A stretch of DNA of 63,025 nucleotides, filler included, from Basidiobolus meristosporus CBS 931.73 (GCA_002104905.1; 3 parts of 3 records of this genome joined end to end with filler, not necessarily neighbours in it); one strand, 5' to 3'; positions 43,970-57,954 are shown, numbered from the whole stretch's first letter. Numbers and translations are program-made. The notes: generated by a model from the letters alone, not told the origin.

Positions 43970-46900
43970 ATGGAGACCGAGTTGACGCAACTGCACAATG
44001 TGCTCAACGGTCTGCCCACCATGTCAAAGGGGATTGTAGATAGCACTAGACATGAGAAGGTTTTCTCTTACATTCAAGGAAATATTACCAAGTACGGGGA
44101 TGCGTTATATGAAGTGCTAGAAAAGTGGAACGTTGTCGATACACTATCCGTAAGTTTCCTCCCCCCTTCAGAGCCCGCTTGGGTGTTCCCTATGTTGCTT
44201 CGAGAGAACAAACCTGTATTGACCGAGTTGGAAACTAGCGTTGCTTCGAAGAAAACCAGGACTTTCGAGTGACCTCCATAGGTTTGAGGGTCATTGGGCA
44301 GCTGATTGACTCGTTGGTGGCCAATCGGGAGACGCTGTTGGAGAAACTGTTCGCGGACACGAGTGTGTTTACCCAGTTGTGGGAGAGGTTGATTGGGTCG
44401 GAGGTGGCTTTACTTCGTTTCGCCTCCATGGAATGCCTGAAGAGTCTGGTGAAAAGTAGACTCGGCGCTAGCTGGTGGGCTTTGCACTGTACTTGGGTTT
44501 GCGGAAGGGAATTTTGATTATTGATGGGCTTTTCTTTAGGTTGAACTCTTCGATCGAGTTCCCGGAGATCTTTAGCAACTTGTTATACGACTCAAGTAGC
44601 TACGTAAGTGGTTTCCACATATCTCGTGATAGGTCGTCATTGCTGAACTAGTGGTGCTTATTGTATAGGTTGTCTCCAGCAGCTGCGAGTTTTTCATTTA
44701 CCTGGTCACCCTTCCGGACACACCGGGCTGGTCGGATGTTCACGAGGAGCTTCTAGGAAACCTTATCAGCTCCATGAAGCTACTTGCCAACTTGTCGGAT
44801 ATTACCAACCCCAATGGCTCGGTTCACAACCGCGTATGCGAGTTGGAATTGATCTGGTCGTTGGTCCACTCAAAGCACCCGCGTTCGTTGAAGTTACTGC
44901 ACGATCATAAAATGGTAGACTCGATGCAACGCGCGATTAGCTACGACCATACTCATCTCCCTTTTTTCAATGCCTAGTTGATGAATATATACGCCCTGCA
45001 CGGCGATGCAAACAGGGTGATTCAAACGAGGGCCAACGAGATCCTCAGCACCGTGTTCGAATGGGTGCCATATCCTTTGACATTGCTTGGACCCGCTGAC
45101 ACGTTCGAGCACACCACCAACCAGCAGCTTCAGTTACAACAGAGTAAGCATGTTCCCACTGGAATCCACATGAATCAACCGCTCATTTCTACGGACAGCC
45201 TTTGAATACAGCCTGGCGCACGTCGTGCTACCTTTGTTACTGTCGCCAGAAAGCTTCAAGCCACTAGCAGCCATCAGTGTTCTGGACTCGATGGGGAAGC
45301 TTGTTCCACGAGATGAAATTCACCGAAGGAAAATGGGCCAGAGCCTTATAGAAGTCCTGGTTTTCCTGCTTTCTTTGGCGTCGAATCAGACAGACGAGGT
45401 AGTGGTGGATTGTCTTACTGCCGACCAGCTGTTGGAGATCGAACAGAAGGTGGGGCTGCAGCCTAGTCGTTCTCCATCACATGCCTACTAACAGCGTTCA
45501 TTGTCAGCTGCATGAGCAGTTCGCAAAGGGAGTTCGGGTAAATACCAATCGTAAGGCTATCGTCCTGAGAACACTGCTGGTTCTTCTCTCTGTCATCAAG
45601 AGCGAGCACAACACACTTCAGGTATGGTGGCAGTATGGTCATTTCGAACGAATCTACAATGACCGGGACATTTCTAGTCCGTAGACTTGATAGACCACTG
45701 TTTACATACATTGTCGAATTCAACATTCAACCAAGATCAGCGGATTCTGAAGAATGGACTGGCCCTGTTGCATCAACTGTTCGAGCATTTGGAGGAGCAG
45801 ATCGATGATCAAAAGCTCACCAAGGTATGCCATATGCTCTAGACTGGCCATGTGAGCCAGTATACTGATGCTTCAGTCATCTCAGGTGTTGAATGAATTG
45901 CTGAGCATTCTGAATAACCCGGGATTGTCTTGTCATGGAGTGAGGCTGCTTCTGGATACATTCAAACATTTCTTGAATACCCCAGCCATCGGTCGGGCCG
46001 TGTTGAACGTGGGGATTGTGGTGTAGTGTTAGCACGAGTTTGGGGCCAGCGTTAACTCCGGATTTTCTTCACTAGAGCGTTGGCGAGAGGCTGTCTGACG
46101 TGCTGGAGAGTAAGTGCTATGACATGAACTGGGATGTGCGTGATACGGTGCTGGAATTCTTTGGAGAGCTGTTCAATGAGGTAGGCATGACGAGCAGCAC
46201 CGGGTGATCCCCCTGAAACTAACGATCCGCGCAGAATTGCCAGCATGGAATTGAGTTGATCCTCTCGTTTAAGTTGTTGAAAATGGTCATGGAGAAAGTG
46301 GCGGATGCCGAGTCGTACGTTCGTGCCTCTGCCGTACAGACGCTTGGGGTACGTGGATCTGGTCTGGGCTTACTCTTTGCATCTCATCTGACGGGAATTT
46401 AGGCTGCAGTGAAGAACCAGAGCGGATGGTCCGATTTGCATTTGCATGATGGGATCCGCAATCTACTAGGGAAAATCCCCGACCTTCTGTGTGACACCGA
46501 AGCATTTGTCAGAAGGGCGGTTTTCGATCTGATCACGTGCTTGATCAGCTCAAGACAGTATACGCGACTGTTCTTCTCGAGTGAAGCGGGGGAAGAGCCA
46601 ATCCTGAGGTGAGAAAGCTTGTGAATGTCCACCGACCATTCTCTTTAACCATCTCTCATAAGCCACGGGTTGCTGATGAGGCTACTCGACGATTGCGATT
46701 GGGAGGTTAGAGTCCGCGGAGTCAAATTCCTGTACGAGTTGTGGATGGTCAGCTGGAACGAACAAGAATACCGGAACAAACGCGAGTCCTCTGCAGCAGT
46801 CAACTGGTTCTTCAACGTGAAAGCTGACGAGTTGCTGCTAGCGACGGTTGGTTCGGGAGCGATTCATGGTGCTTTGTTCTGATGTACTGACCGGTATCCC

Positions 46901-47206
46901 TTCTAGATTGAGGATTCGTCTAGATTGGTTCGTGGGGAGAGCCTCTCGGCAATCCGCAAGATACTCAAGACCTCTGCGGGCACCGGTACCCTTCAGGGAG
47001 GGAAGAGAGATATTCAAGACACACAGGAGTTGGCGCACGACCAATTCTTGGAGAAGTTACGGAAGATCGACCTGGTCAGGTTGGAAGAATCCGTCGAGGT
47101 TGAGCATTTGTATAAAGAAGCCTTAGAGAATGACTCGGTCGATAATGAGACTATGATGGAGACCGACCAGCCAAACATCGGAAACAACATCCTGGAATGC
47201 TATTGA
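43970..47206 (+). CDS. BRAT1-like armadillo/HEAT protein (about a dozen short introns; exon structure not fully resolved)
   Basis: The N-terminus METELTQLHNVL..IVDSTRHEKVFSY parallels BRAT1 as recalled. HEAT ends DxxWDVRDT, DAESYVRASA, DTEAFVRRA and DCDWEVRV are present, and the protein ends ...GNNILECY*. Confidence 0.65.
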
Positions 47207-47507
47207 TTCTTTAGGCAATAAAATCACCTTCTTGTTGTTGGCCAGCTAATCAGTTAAAATGAGTAATATAATCAGGAAATGCATGGAGATCGGTTAGGAT
47301 TCTGACTGATTAGCCCACACGTCTAATGGCTCTTACCCGACCAGCCATTCACCTGGATCCAATCAATTTTTTGCTTCCATTGCTAATGCACGATTGAAAG
47401 TTTTCGTAGGAATTTTCATTGAAATTCGCTTTGTTAAAGAGAGGTTAACCTAAGCTGGTACGGTGTGAACCCTTATCTCTCGTTTCCACCACAGTTCTCT
47501 TTTCACC

Positions 47508-50189
47508 ATGACTGATAGTAGTAAGGTATTTGGGCGAGATTGGTTCGGCTCAGGAGTGGGTTCTAAGTGTACTGATTTTCCTGCGTGTCTAGTCTCAGTG
47601 GTCACAGATCGTTCCCGATTCGGCCTCGGCTGGGGAGATATTGGCGATGGTGCAGATTTTCAACGACTGCTTTCGAGCAAGAACAGATGCTTGGAGTAAG
47701 AGGATGCTGATTGACCCCTTTGTTACCCCACGGAATCCATTAACGCGGTTTTTTGTAGACATCTTGCAAGGCTCCGAAGCAAAGTTTTCCTCCTTTTTTA
47801 CACGCGTCCTTACGCTTGCCCTTCCAAAGCACAAGGGAGACGATATCGAGGTGCGCAAGGAGGCTTTGATCTTTCTCATAAACTGCTTTCAAAGTCTGGA
47901 GAATCCCACCATTAGAGCCGAATGCATGAGGTAGCCCTCCCTCAAAGTTAGTCTATCTCTCAAGGCCCATCTAATCACCAGCCAAACCCTACTTTGTAGA
48001 ATCGCTTCGTTGTCGATCTGGAATTGCGTGGCTTCCCCTGTACGCCGTGAGGCGGAATTCAAATCGGTTCCTCAATTGAAGAAGTTCTGGAGACACCTGG
48101 AGAAGAAATTCAACGCCGCCGGTAAGAACTGATCGGAGCTAGCTTCTGCTCGGGTGACAACTAACACCATGTTTTGGCAAAGATGATGCCACAAAGGAGC
48201 GTCTCAGTTTCGATAGGAAGTGGCTTTCGAACCTTTTGGCCGGGTTCGTAGATATCTTAGACTCCATCCCCGAAGAAGGGGAAGGTAAGCATCACCAAGG
48301 GCACTCCTCCATTCCCCTCGAGACGACTAATCCTGCTTTCAAGTCTCTATCCACTCCGTATCATACTGCGAGCGTTTCCTTGAGTTCCTGATTGATTTAG
48401 AAGCACAACTCCCAACCCGAAGATATTTCAATACTCTTCTAGACGATCATAATATTGTGGTTTCGTGTACCCTTTCGGCATTAGCACATAGACCTGACTG
48501 GTACTTCATCCTCGATAACTTCCCTCCAAGTGATGTGTGTACTAACGCGTAAATGGCCCATGTAGCACCCGATTCCAACAGCTGTTGAATATGCTCAAAT
48601 TCTACTCACGATTCGAGATTAACGATCAAACAGGTTCGGCCTTGACGGATAGCGAGATGACCGACTTGCATTCCAAAAGACTGCTGGAGCTTCAGGTGCG
48701 CTTTTCCCCAATCCCCCCAATCTCCATGAACCCCTGCCAACATGTTGTTTTTGTAGCGAGTTGCCTTCTCCTCGTTCCAAAGCCAGCTGAGCCCCCTGGC
48801 CCTGGCGAACATTGGTGCCATCGAGCGTAGAGTGGACCTTGAAAGGCACTTTGACAAACTCTCCGACGAAGAGTTGATTCGTCTGTGCCAGATTCTTGGG
48901 CTCCGCACCCAAAAGGTGAACAAGGACGGCGAGAACGTTTCGCGGAAATTCCTGATAGAGATCCTTGTTTCGCGATACGAAAAGAGAACGAGTCAGATAG
49001 ACGCAGTGAATGCCATGCCACTCTATCCCGATGAAAATCTCCTCTTCGACGAGCATCTGGAACAGACGGAATCCTACACCGGAAATGAGGTGCTGCCCCT
49101 TCCCAAGCTGAACCTCCAATTTCTGACCATTCACGACTACCTGCTACGCAACTTCAATCTGTTTCGTCTCGAGTCCGCCTACGAGATCCGACAAGATATC
49201 GAGGATGCCGTCAAAAGACTGGCCCCCAAATTAATCTTCCCCGAGCGAACGACCGAATTCACTGGATGGGCCAGGATGGCTATTCCTATCGAGACATTCA
49301 GCATCGTGGATGTGGAAAAGCCTAATCTTGGGGAGAAGAAGCCGGCCAAGGTGGCGGCCGACGTGACGTTCAACATCAGTCGCTATACCCCCTCGATACG
49401 TGATGAATGGAGCTCTCTTCGTCAGCATGATATCCTGTTCCTGCTGACATTGCAGGCAACCAAGGAGTCCCACGCAAAGTACGAGGCCGGGAAGTCGTTC
49501 AAGCAGCACTTCGGATTGAAATATGTTCGTGGCTGTGAGGTCTCGGCCATTCTTGGCCAAGACGGCAAACCGGTCGATGAGTTCATGGACCCAGAGGCCA
49601 AGCAGGAATTCTTGGAGGCGAAGACGCGTACAATCCGTGTGATGCTGGACCCCAACCAGTACCAAGCAGACATCGACCGCTTCTCGGCCAAGAAGGGGAG
49701 GATGTTCACGAAACGTTCAACGTATTGTTACGCCGGAATCCCAAAGAAAACAACTTCAAGGGGATCTTGGAGACGGTGCGTGATCTTATGCAAAGCGAGC
49801 TGGTCGTGCCTGACTGGTTGCACGACATCTTCCTGGGATACGGAGACCCTAGCAGCGCCCACTATACCAACATGCCCAACACCCCCAAATCCATTGATTT
49901 CCGAGACACGTTCCTCGACTATGCCCATGTCAAAGAGTCGTTCCAGGACAAGGAGGTTGTTCCTGCGGAGAATTTCGTTGAGCCTGTGTCTCCACCACAC
50001 GTGATTGAATTCCCGCAGGCTCCACCGAAAATCAAATCCGGCACCAAAAGAAAGGCGCCGAGGAGAGCCAGCAGGTGGACGGCGACCAGAACAAGCTTGT
50101 TGTTAGCACGTACACCCTTCCTAACATGGGCCCCTACCCTTCAACGTGCCGAATAAGAATCAGATTCGATTCACACCTTCTCAAGTGGA
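47508..50189 (+). CDS. AQR: Intron-binding spliceosomal RNA helicase Aquarius, 5' portion (truncated by gap)
   Basis: [122 protein letters not shown] and [14 protein letters not shown]. Several short introns and three apparent 1-nt deletions near the contig end. Confidence 0.93.
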
Positions 50190-50289
50190 NNNNNNNNNNN
50201 NNNNNNNNNNNNNNNNNNNNNNNNNNNNNNNNNTTAATTAATTAANNNNNNNNNNNNNNNNNNNNNNNNNNNNNNNNNNNNNNNNNNNN
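50190..50289. other. Assembly gap with artificial linker (44 N + TTAATTAATTAA + 44 N)
   Basis: Seen directly. Confidence 0.97.
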
Positions 50290-53200
50290 AACTGACTAGT
50301 CCTAATTTTGACCTAAAATATTTAAACTTGTCTCTAGCTAATGGTCTGGTAAATATGTCTGTAATCATTTCATCTGTAGGAGAGTAAACTAAGCTGACTA
50401 AGTTATTCTCTAGAGCTTCACATATGAAATAATGTCTAACATCTATGTGCTTGGTTCTAGCATGAAAAGTTGGATTTCTAGCTAATTGTATACATCCATG
50501 ATTATCTTGAAATAAAGTAATAGACATTTTTTGACATAGGCCTAAGTCAGTAAAAAGCCTTCTTAGCTACATTGATTCTTTTGTAGCTTCACAGGCTGCC
50601 ATTCACTCTGCCTCTGTTGGTAGAAAGTGCTGCGGTTAGTTGCTTTCTTGAATTCCATGAAATTGCTGCTTCACAGCAAAGAAAGGTGTATCCTGTGGTG
50701 GATCTTCTGTCTGCTAAATTTTGTCCCAAATCAGCATCAGAGTATCCCACAAGATCCTGTTCTGAATCCTTATATGTGTATCTTAAGCAGATATCAGCAG
50801 CTCCTTTTAGGCATCTAAAAATCCGCTTAACTGCTGCAATATGATCAGATTCATAGTACTGATTATGCTGGCTGACAATTTCCACTGAATATGAGATATC
50901 TAGACGTGTTCCAAGCATGATATACAGCAGACTGCCAACCATTGACTGATAAAGAAAGTCAGGGCTTTCAGATGGGACCAAGCTCTCTTGATTTGGTTGA
51001 GTTTTGACCAAGTTACGGTTTGTATCCATTGGGGTAGCTGCCAGTTTACAGTCTTCCATTTTGTACTACTTAAGTATATCTTGAATATACTTGGATTGGC
51101 TTAGGGTAATAGTCTGGGTACTTCTGTCTATGGAGAATTTAATCCCTATGTAGTAACTGAGTTCTCCTAGATTGGACATCTTGAACCCCTTAGATAGGCT
51201 GGATTTAGTCTCTTCCAATGTTTCTAGGTTATTGGTGGCTATAATAAGATCACCCACATATAGAGCTAATAGAGCTTATTTTGCTCTATCTGGCTTATAG
51301 TATATACTATAGTCAGCATTACTCCTTTTGAAACTCAAAGATTCCTAACAAGAATCTATCTTGCAATTCCAGGCTCTTGGTTATTGTTTGAGACCATATA
51401 GTGACTTTTAAGCTTGCAGACCAAATGGGGGCTATTTTGGTCAACATATCCATCAGGCTAATCCATATACACATCTTTATCAAGTTCTCCATTCAAATTG
51501 CAGCTTTTACATCCATTTGATGAATAATAAACTTATATTAGGCTGCAATAGTCAATATTAATCTGATGGAATTAAACTTGGCTACCGGTGCAAAGGTCTC
51601 AGTATAGTCAAGTCCTTTTGTTTGAGAGTATCCTTTGGCCACAAGTCTTGCTTTGTATCTTTCAATTGTACCATCATCCTTGTATTTTGTCTTGAAGACC
51701 CATTTGCATCCAATTGATTTTTGGTTGATTGGTAATTTGACTAAGTCCCAAGTTTGAATTTCCATCAGGGCCTGATATTCCTCAGTCATTGCAGATCTCT
51801 AAAACTCTGTCTGAGGGCTACTTAGGGCCACTTTTACAGTCTGGGGCTCATCAATATGAACTGAATAGGCATAGGCTAAGTTTGTACCTTCATTGATATA
51901 GTAATTTGGGCTATTTCTTGTCAGATTGGATATCTGGGCATTTGATACTGGAATGGTCACTTCTGCAATATTTCTGGGCGCTGACTATGGCTGAACCATG
52001 GTTGCAGAGTCCTCTGGAGTGAAAAATTCTCATTGTTTTGCTCTGATTCAATCCTGACAATTGGTGGACTTGGGATCCAATTTTTGTCATCATCTGATGT
52101 CATTTTTTGTCGACATCTTTAATATTCTTCAAACAACACATCCCTGGACTTAATCAGCTTCTTTGCTTTATCATTGTAGAGTCTGTATGCTGTACTCTGA
52201 TTGCAGTAGCCCAAAAATTGGCATTTTACATCTTTTGGCGCAAATTTTGACTGATTTCCGGGCAGTTTCTTGGCATATGCTGTACACCCAAATATTCTTA
52301 GATGTTCTGCACTTGGTGTGTATCCATACCATGCTTCAAATGGAGTAGAATCACGGAGTTTTCTGTTATAACTCCTATTTTTAAGGTATACAGCATTGGC
52401 AACTGATTCTGCCCAAAAATCATAGGATAATTTTTGATCATGGATCATAGATCTTGTCATAACAATTATTGTTCTGTTTGCATGTTCTGCTACTCCATTT
52501 TACTGTGGGGAGTATGGAACAGTAGTCTCTTACTGTATCCCATGAATTTTTCAGAAGTGGATGAGGAGTTTTGAGGTATATTCTCCACCATTGTCAGAGC
52601 ATATTTTTTTTGATTTTTTCACCTCTGCTACACCTCTGCTATAATTTAAACTCCCTGAGCTTAGACAGTGCTTCTTCCTTTCTCTCCATGAAGTAGTCCT
52701 ATGTGTATCTTGTATAATCATCAATAACGTGATTAAATACTTTGACCTGCCTAAGGATACATTTTGCATAGGTCCACACATATCTGAGTGAATTAGATCT
52801 AATTTTTTCTTAGTTTTGATTAACCCAGAGCTCTTGAGCAGTTGTCTGGCTTGTTTCCCATATATGCAGGCCTCACAGTGCTCCAAATTAGCTGGGGGAT
52901 CAATTTCTACTCTAGAAATTAGCTGATCTTTGATCATTTTGCGCAAATAATTAAAATTGATGTGCCCAAATTTCCTGTGCCAAAGTATTGGTGTTTCTTC
53001 ATTTAAGTTACTTATATTGGCTCCCAGATATGATGGAATATAGGTCAACCTGTATAGATTCTGACCTCTGATACCCAACGCAATATGGGCACCATTTTGA
53101 TCAGTGTTCTTGCATCCAGAATTGTCAAAGCTGAAACTGAGTCCTTCTGCAGTGGCCTTTCTTACAGACAGTAGGTTCTTGGCTATTTTGGGTACAAAGA

Positions 53201-54545
53201 GTACCTCTTTAAAGGTCTGTGTATGGCTTCCTTCACTGCTTCTTGGGTTTACTTGGATAGTTCCTTCTCCCACTGCATCAAGTGTTCTATTGTCAGCCAT
53301 GAAAACCTTTTTAATTGGAATTCCTCAATATTGGGTAAAAAGTTCTTTTTGGTGTGTAAAGTGATGAGATATCCCAGAGTCAATATACCATGTCTGAGAA
53401 TCCTTGTTTGTGGTTATATTTAGTGCAAATATGAATAGTCTATCTTCAGTTGTTGCAGCAGTTCCATATTCAGGCTTCTTTTGCTGATTATCTTTCTTTT
53501 TGAAGCATCTGTCTGATGTGTGTTCTTTCCTCCTTTGTTGGTTATCATTGCTTATTAAAGCATTTTCTTCTTCCTTCTTATTGGTGCTTGATTTTCTTAA
53601 TTCTTCATCCAGGAGCCTTCCATATACATAATTTAAGGTCAAATTTTCAGTTCTGGACTCTAGGGCTGATACAAAACCCTGAAACCTGTCTGTTAGGCTG
53701 TTCAGGATGGTAAATATCACATCCTCATCAGTAGTTAGTATGCCCACAGATTCCATTTCATCTACCAGAAATATAATTCTGTTAATTAGATTTCATTTCT
53801 TCTCCTGGCAGCATCTTTATTGTAAAGAGTTTTCCACTCAGATACATTTTCTTAGCAGCTGAATATGACTGGTAGGTGTCTTCTAATGCCTTCCAGGCAT
53901 TCTTTGCCATTTTTGCTCTTCAGCATTATATTAGCAATTTGTCTTTAACATTAAGGCAAATGCAGTTAAAGGCACTTTGCTCTTTCTTCTGACACTTTAA
54001 GGCTTCCTCTCCCGTGTTTGTAGGAGGGCATTCTGCTCCCATGCCAATATCCCAAAGGCCTCTTTCTTGTAGCAGCATCTGCATCTTCACCTTCCACACT
54101 TGGTAGTTAGATCCATCCAACTTTTCAGCAGAGGGAAAAATTCCAGCAATAGCAGTAGTAGACATTGCAGAGAGTGACAGCTTGGTGCTCATAACCTGTT
54201 GTAAGAGTCTTGGAGATATTGGAAGTGATTGGGAGAACAAGTAGATTATGTGGTTTTCACTTAATGATTTATTGAATGTAAAAGTAGTATTTATACTTTT
54301 ACCTGGTCTTGGCATTACAAGCACATAGAATAGATTAAGGAAGGTCCCAAGAACATGTGTGCAAAGTTTGGGGCTGTCTGGACAACTTTAAGAATTTTCA
54401 TGTTCTGGGTACCTGGCATTTTGTTGAAAATATTCTAAGTAAATCCCAACAAGGAATTTGGTCAGTATTCTTTAGGATATGAAGGTAATGGTCTAAGTGA
54501 CTAAGTTAGGTGAGTATTTAGGTGGAATTACAAGTTTTTACAACA
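50290..54545 (-). mobile_element. Near full-length Ty1/Copia (Ty5/hemivirus-like) element, copy 2, with stops and frameshifts; 3' LTR lost in the gap
   Basis: 5' LTR 54197-54545 and PBS GGTTATGAGC. Motifs: gag KLDGSNYQVWKVKM, WYIDSG (protease), LIHSDMCGP and SDNGGEY (integrase), [19 protein letters not shown] (RT), YSDAD and ARTKHIDVRHYFI (RNase H). Confidence 0.93.
54187..54196 (-). promoter_or_regulatory. Primer-binding site complementary to the anticodon stem-loop of initiator tRNA-Met (half-tRNA priming)
   Basis: GGTTATGAGC immediately follows the LTR end CAACA. This matches the Ty5/Drosophila copia PBS type from established knowledge. Confidence 0.75.
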
Positions 54546-54550
54546 TTTAA

Positions 54551-56326
54551 GACAAAATACAAGGCTGATGGTACAATTGAAAGATAAAAAGCAAGACTTG
54601 TGGCCAAAGGATACTCTGAAACAAAAGGACTTCACTATACTGGGACCTTTGCACCTGTAGCCAAGTGTAATTAAATCAGATTAATATTGGTTATTGCAGC
54701 CTAATATGAGTTTTTAAACATCAAGTGAAAGTAAAAGCTGCATTTCTTGATGGAAAACTTAATGGGGATGTGTAGAAGGATCAGTCTGATGGGTTTGCTG
54801 ACCAAGTTTATCCCCATTTGGTCTGCAAGCTTAAAAATCCCTCTATGATCACAAACAATCACCAAGTGCCTGGAATTGCAAGATAGACTTTTACTTGAAA
54901 TCTTTGAGCTTCAAGAGAAGTAATGGTGACTATAGCATATTCTATAGCCAGATAAATCAAGTCCAGCTCTATTAGCTCTATTAGCTCTATATGTGGATGA
55001 TCTTATTATAGCCACCAATAACCTATAGACATTGGAAGAGACTGTATCCTGCCTATCTACAGAGTTCAAGATGTCCAATCTAGGAGAACTCAGTTACTAC
55101 TTAGGGATAAAGTTCTCCATAGACAGAAGTACTCAGGCTATCACCCAAAGCCAATCCAAGTACATTCCAGATGTACTAAAGAAGTATCAATTGGAAGACT
55201 GTAAACTGTCAGCTACTCAAATGGAGACAGATCTTAGCCTGGCCAGAACTCAACCAAAACAAGAGATCTTGGTGTTCTCTGAAAGCCCTGACTTCCCTTA
55301 TCAATCTATAGTTGGGAGTATGATATATATTATGCTTGGAACATGTCCAGATATCTCATATTTAGTGGGAGTTGTCAGCCAGCATAATCAAAACTATGGA
55401 TCTGAACATATTTCAGCAGTTAAGTGGATTGTTAGATACCTAAAAGGTACTGCTGATATTTGCTTAAGATACACTTATAAGGATTCAGGACAGGATCTTG
55501 TGAAATGCTCTGATGCTGATTGGGGGCAGAATTTGGAGGACAAAAGATCCACCACAGGCTGTACCTTTGTTTACTGTCAAGGAGCAACTTCATGGAACTC
55601 AAGAAAGCAGCCAACTATAGCACTTTCCACCACAGAGGCTGAGTATATGCCAGCCTGTGTAGCTACAAAAGAAGTAATGTGGCTAAGAAAGCTTTTACAG
55701 GCTTAGACCTATGTCAAAAATGCCTATTACTGTATTTCAAAATAATCAAAGATGTATACAATTAGATAGAAACCCAGCTTTTCATTCTAGAACCAAGCAT
55801 ATAGATATCAGACATTGTTTCATATGTGAAGCTATAGAGAAAAACTTAGATAGATTAGCTTACTGTCCTTCAGATGAAATGATTGCAGACATGTTTACCA
55901 AACCATTAGCTAGAGACAAGTTTGAATATCTTGGGTCAAAATTAGGACTAGTCAGTAGGAGCAGGTAGGTCAATGGGAGTGTTGTAAATATTCATAATTC
56001 TACCTAAATATATCCTAACTTAGTCACTTAGATCATAACCTTCAAATCATACAGAATACTGACCAAGCTCCTTGTTGGGATTTACTTTGAATATTTTTGC
56101 CAAAATATCAGGTGCCCAGAACATGAAGGTTCTCACAGTTGTCCAAACAGCCCTAAACTTTGCACCCATGTTCTTGGGAGCTTCCTAGGCCTAGTTTATG
56201 TGTTTGTTATGCCAACACTATGTAAAAGTATAAATACTACTTTTACATCCAATAAATCATCTAGTGTAACCACATAGTCTACTTGTTGTCCCAGTCACTT
56301 CCAATATCTGCAAAACTTATACAACA
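54551..56326 (+). mobile_element. 5'-truncated Copia (RT-RNase H, PPT, 3' LTR 55980-56326)
   Basis: ORFs 55032-55706 (GSMIYIMLGTCPDI, CSDADWG, SWNSRKQ) and 55711-55968 (SRTKHIDIRH). GGGAG precedes TGTTGT...ACAACA. Confidence 0.9.
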
Positions 56327-56329
56327 AGC

Positions 56330-57600
56330 TCATCACATCCATGATGGACTTGAAGGCAATATTCTTGATGAGATTAGGATATGGTAGTACCTGCAATTTG
56401 CCTTGTCTGCCTATCTCCCCACACATCTACTCCATAGAAAAAACCCAAAAGGTGAAGTAAGGTCCAACTATTTCCGCATACCAAGCAAAAGCAGTAAAGA
56501 GTAGCTATAATGGAGGCAGAGATCCATATGCTCAGCTTTATGCTTGTAGTATAGCTTCTCAAATCATGTTACAAACACCTTGCATAAATAGCTTCATCTA
56601 GTTCATTCAGTGCTTCCATTTGTATAGTGGCATATGCATATAAATACTGATTGGAGCCCTTGAGAAGTACTTTGGGTAGCAGATACTTTGTAATATTATG
56701 CCTATTCTTTCAAATTTCTGTGCTATCTCAAAGGGCTCATCCAGCTTGAAATGCTCCACATACACATTGGTCACTGGTATAGGAATATTTTTAAAAAACA
56801 AATGCATTACTTTCAGTGGAAACCTATTGCTCCAGCATATACCCTCTATCTTAAGAATCTCTAGTTTCCAATTGATTTCATACTCTGGCTGATGGCCTAT
56901 ACCTTGCCAACTTTGCTGCAATTGCATGCTGACTTCTGTAAATTCCCTCTATGGAAAGATGATGTTCTCAGCATTGGTGTTTGGATAACAACAATGTGTG
57001 CCAGGTATGGATTAAATCCCTGGGATCTCACACATTCAACCACAATACTATCCATTGTGCCCAGAAAAGCTGGCTTTCATGCAGATAGCTGCTGTACCTC
57101 CAATGCAGATACTAATAAGCACTTTGATATGATAGCCATTTACCAGTATCCCACTAAAAGGCATACAAAAACATCCAGGAATGAGTACAGGTAGCTGTCC
57201 AGGTTGGATGGTGACTTAGGCCCAGATACAAGTGAGACTACTATATGATTTCTGTTGAGATACCAAAAGACAGGCAGCAGATTAAGGTTGATGAGAATCA
57301 GTGACTAGCAGGATTTGCTGGTAAAATATTTGTCTGATAAGAATCCATCAAGTGCTAAGGCAAAGGTATGGTCATACATACCTTCAAAGTAGCCCTTGCT
57401 TCATAGTTATTTGTAATGTTCTCCATCAAATATATTAGAAATGTTTGAGCTTGATTAATACTGAGTGCATTACTTTATAGCTTCACAATATTTGTGAGAC
57501 TGCATGAGCTTTTTTATATGATGTATTACTGGAATATATCCAGAGTGTGAACAATGTTCTCCACCAATGGTGATGAATTAATGACAAGTGGGACACCATA
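56330..57600 (-). pseudogene. CACTA transposase fragment, copy 4
   Basis: Homologous to ~4400-5850 in reverse complement, e.g. KVMHLFFKNIP and WPLILINL-type segments. Confidence 0.8.
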
Positions 57601-57604
57601 CAAT

Positions 57605-57952
57605 TGTTGTAAAATTCTTAATTCCACCTGAATAGTCACCTAACTTAGTCACTTAGATCATTATCTTCAAGTCCTAGCAAACACTGACCAAGTTCCTTAT
57701 TGGGATTTACTTAAAATATTTTCACTATAATACCAGGTACCCATAACATGAAAATTCTCAAGTTGCCCAAACAGCCCCAAACTTTGCACACATGCCCTTG
57801 GGACCTTTCTAAACCTATTCTATGTGCTTGTAATGCCAAGACCTTGTGAAAGTATATATACTACTCTTACAATCAATAAATCATTAAGTGAAAACCACAA
57901 AATCTACTTGTCCTCCAAATTCACTTCCAATATCTCTAAGACTCTTACAGCA
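57605..57952 (+). repeat. Copia-family LTR
   Basis: TGTTGTAAAA...CTTACAGCA, homologous to the reverse complement of 54197-54545. Confidence 0.85.
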
Positions 57953-57954
57953 CA

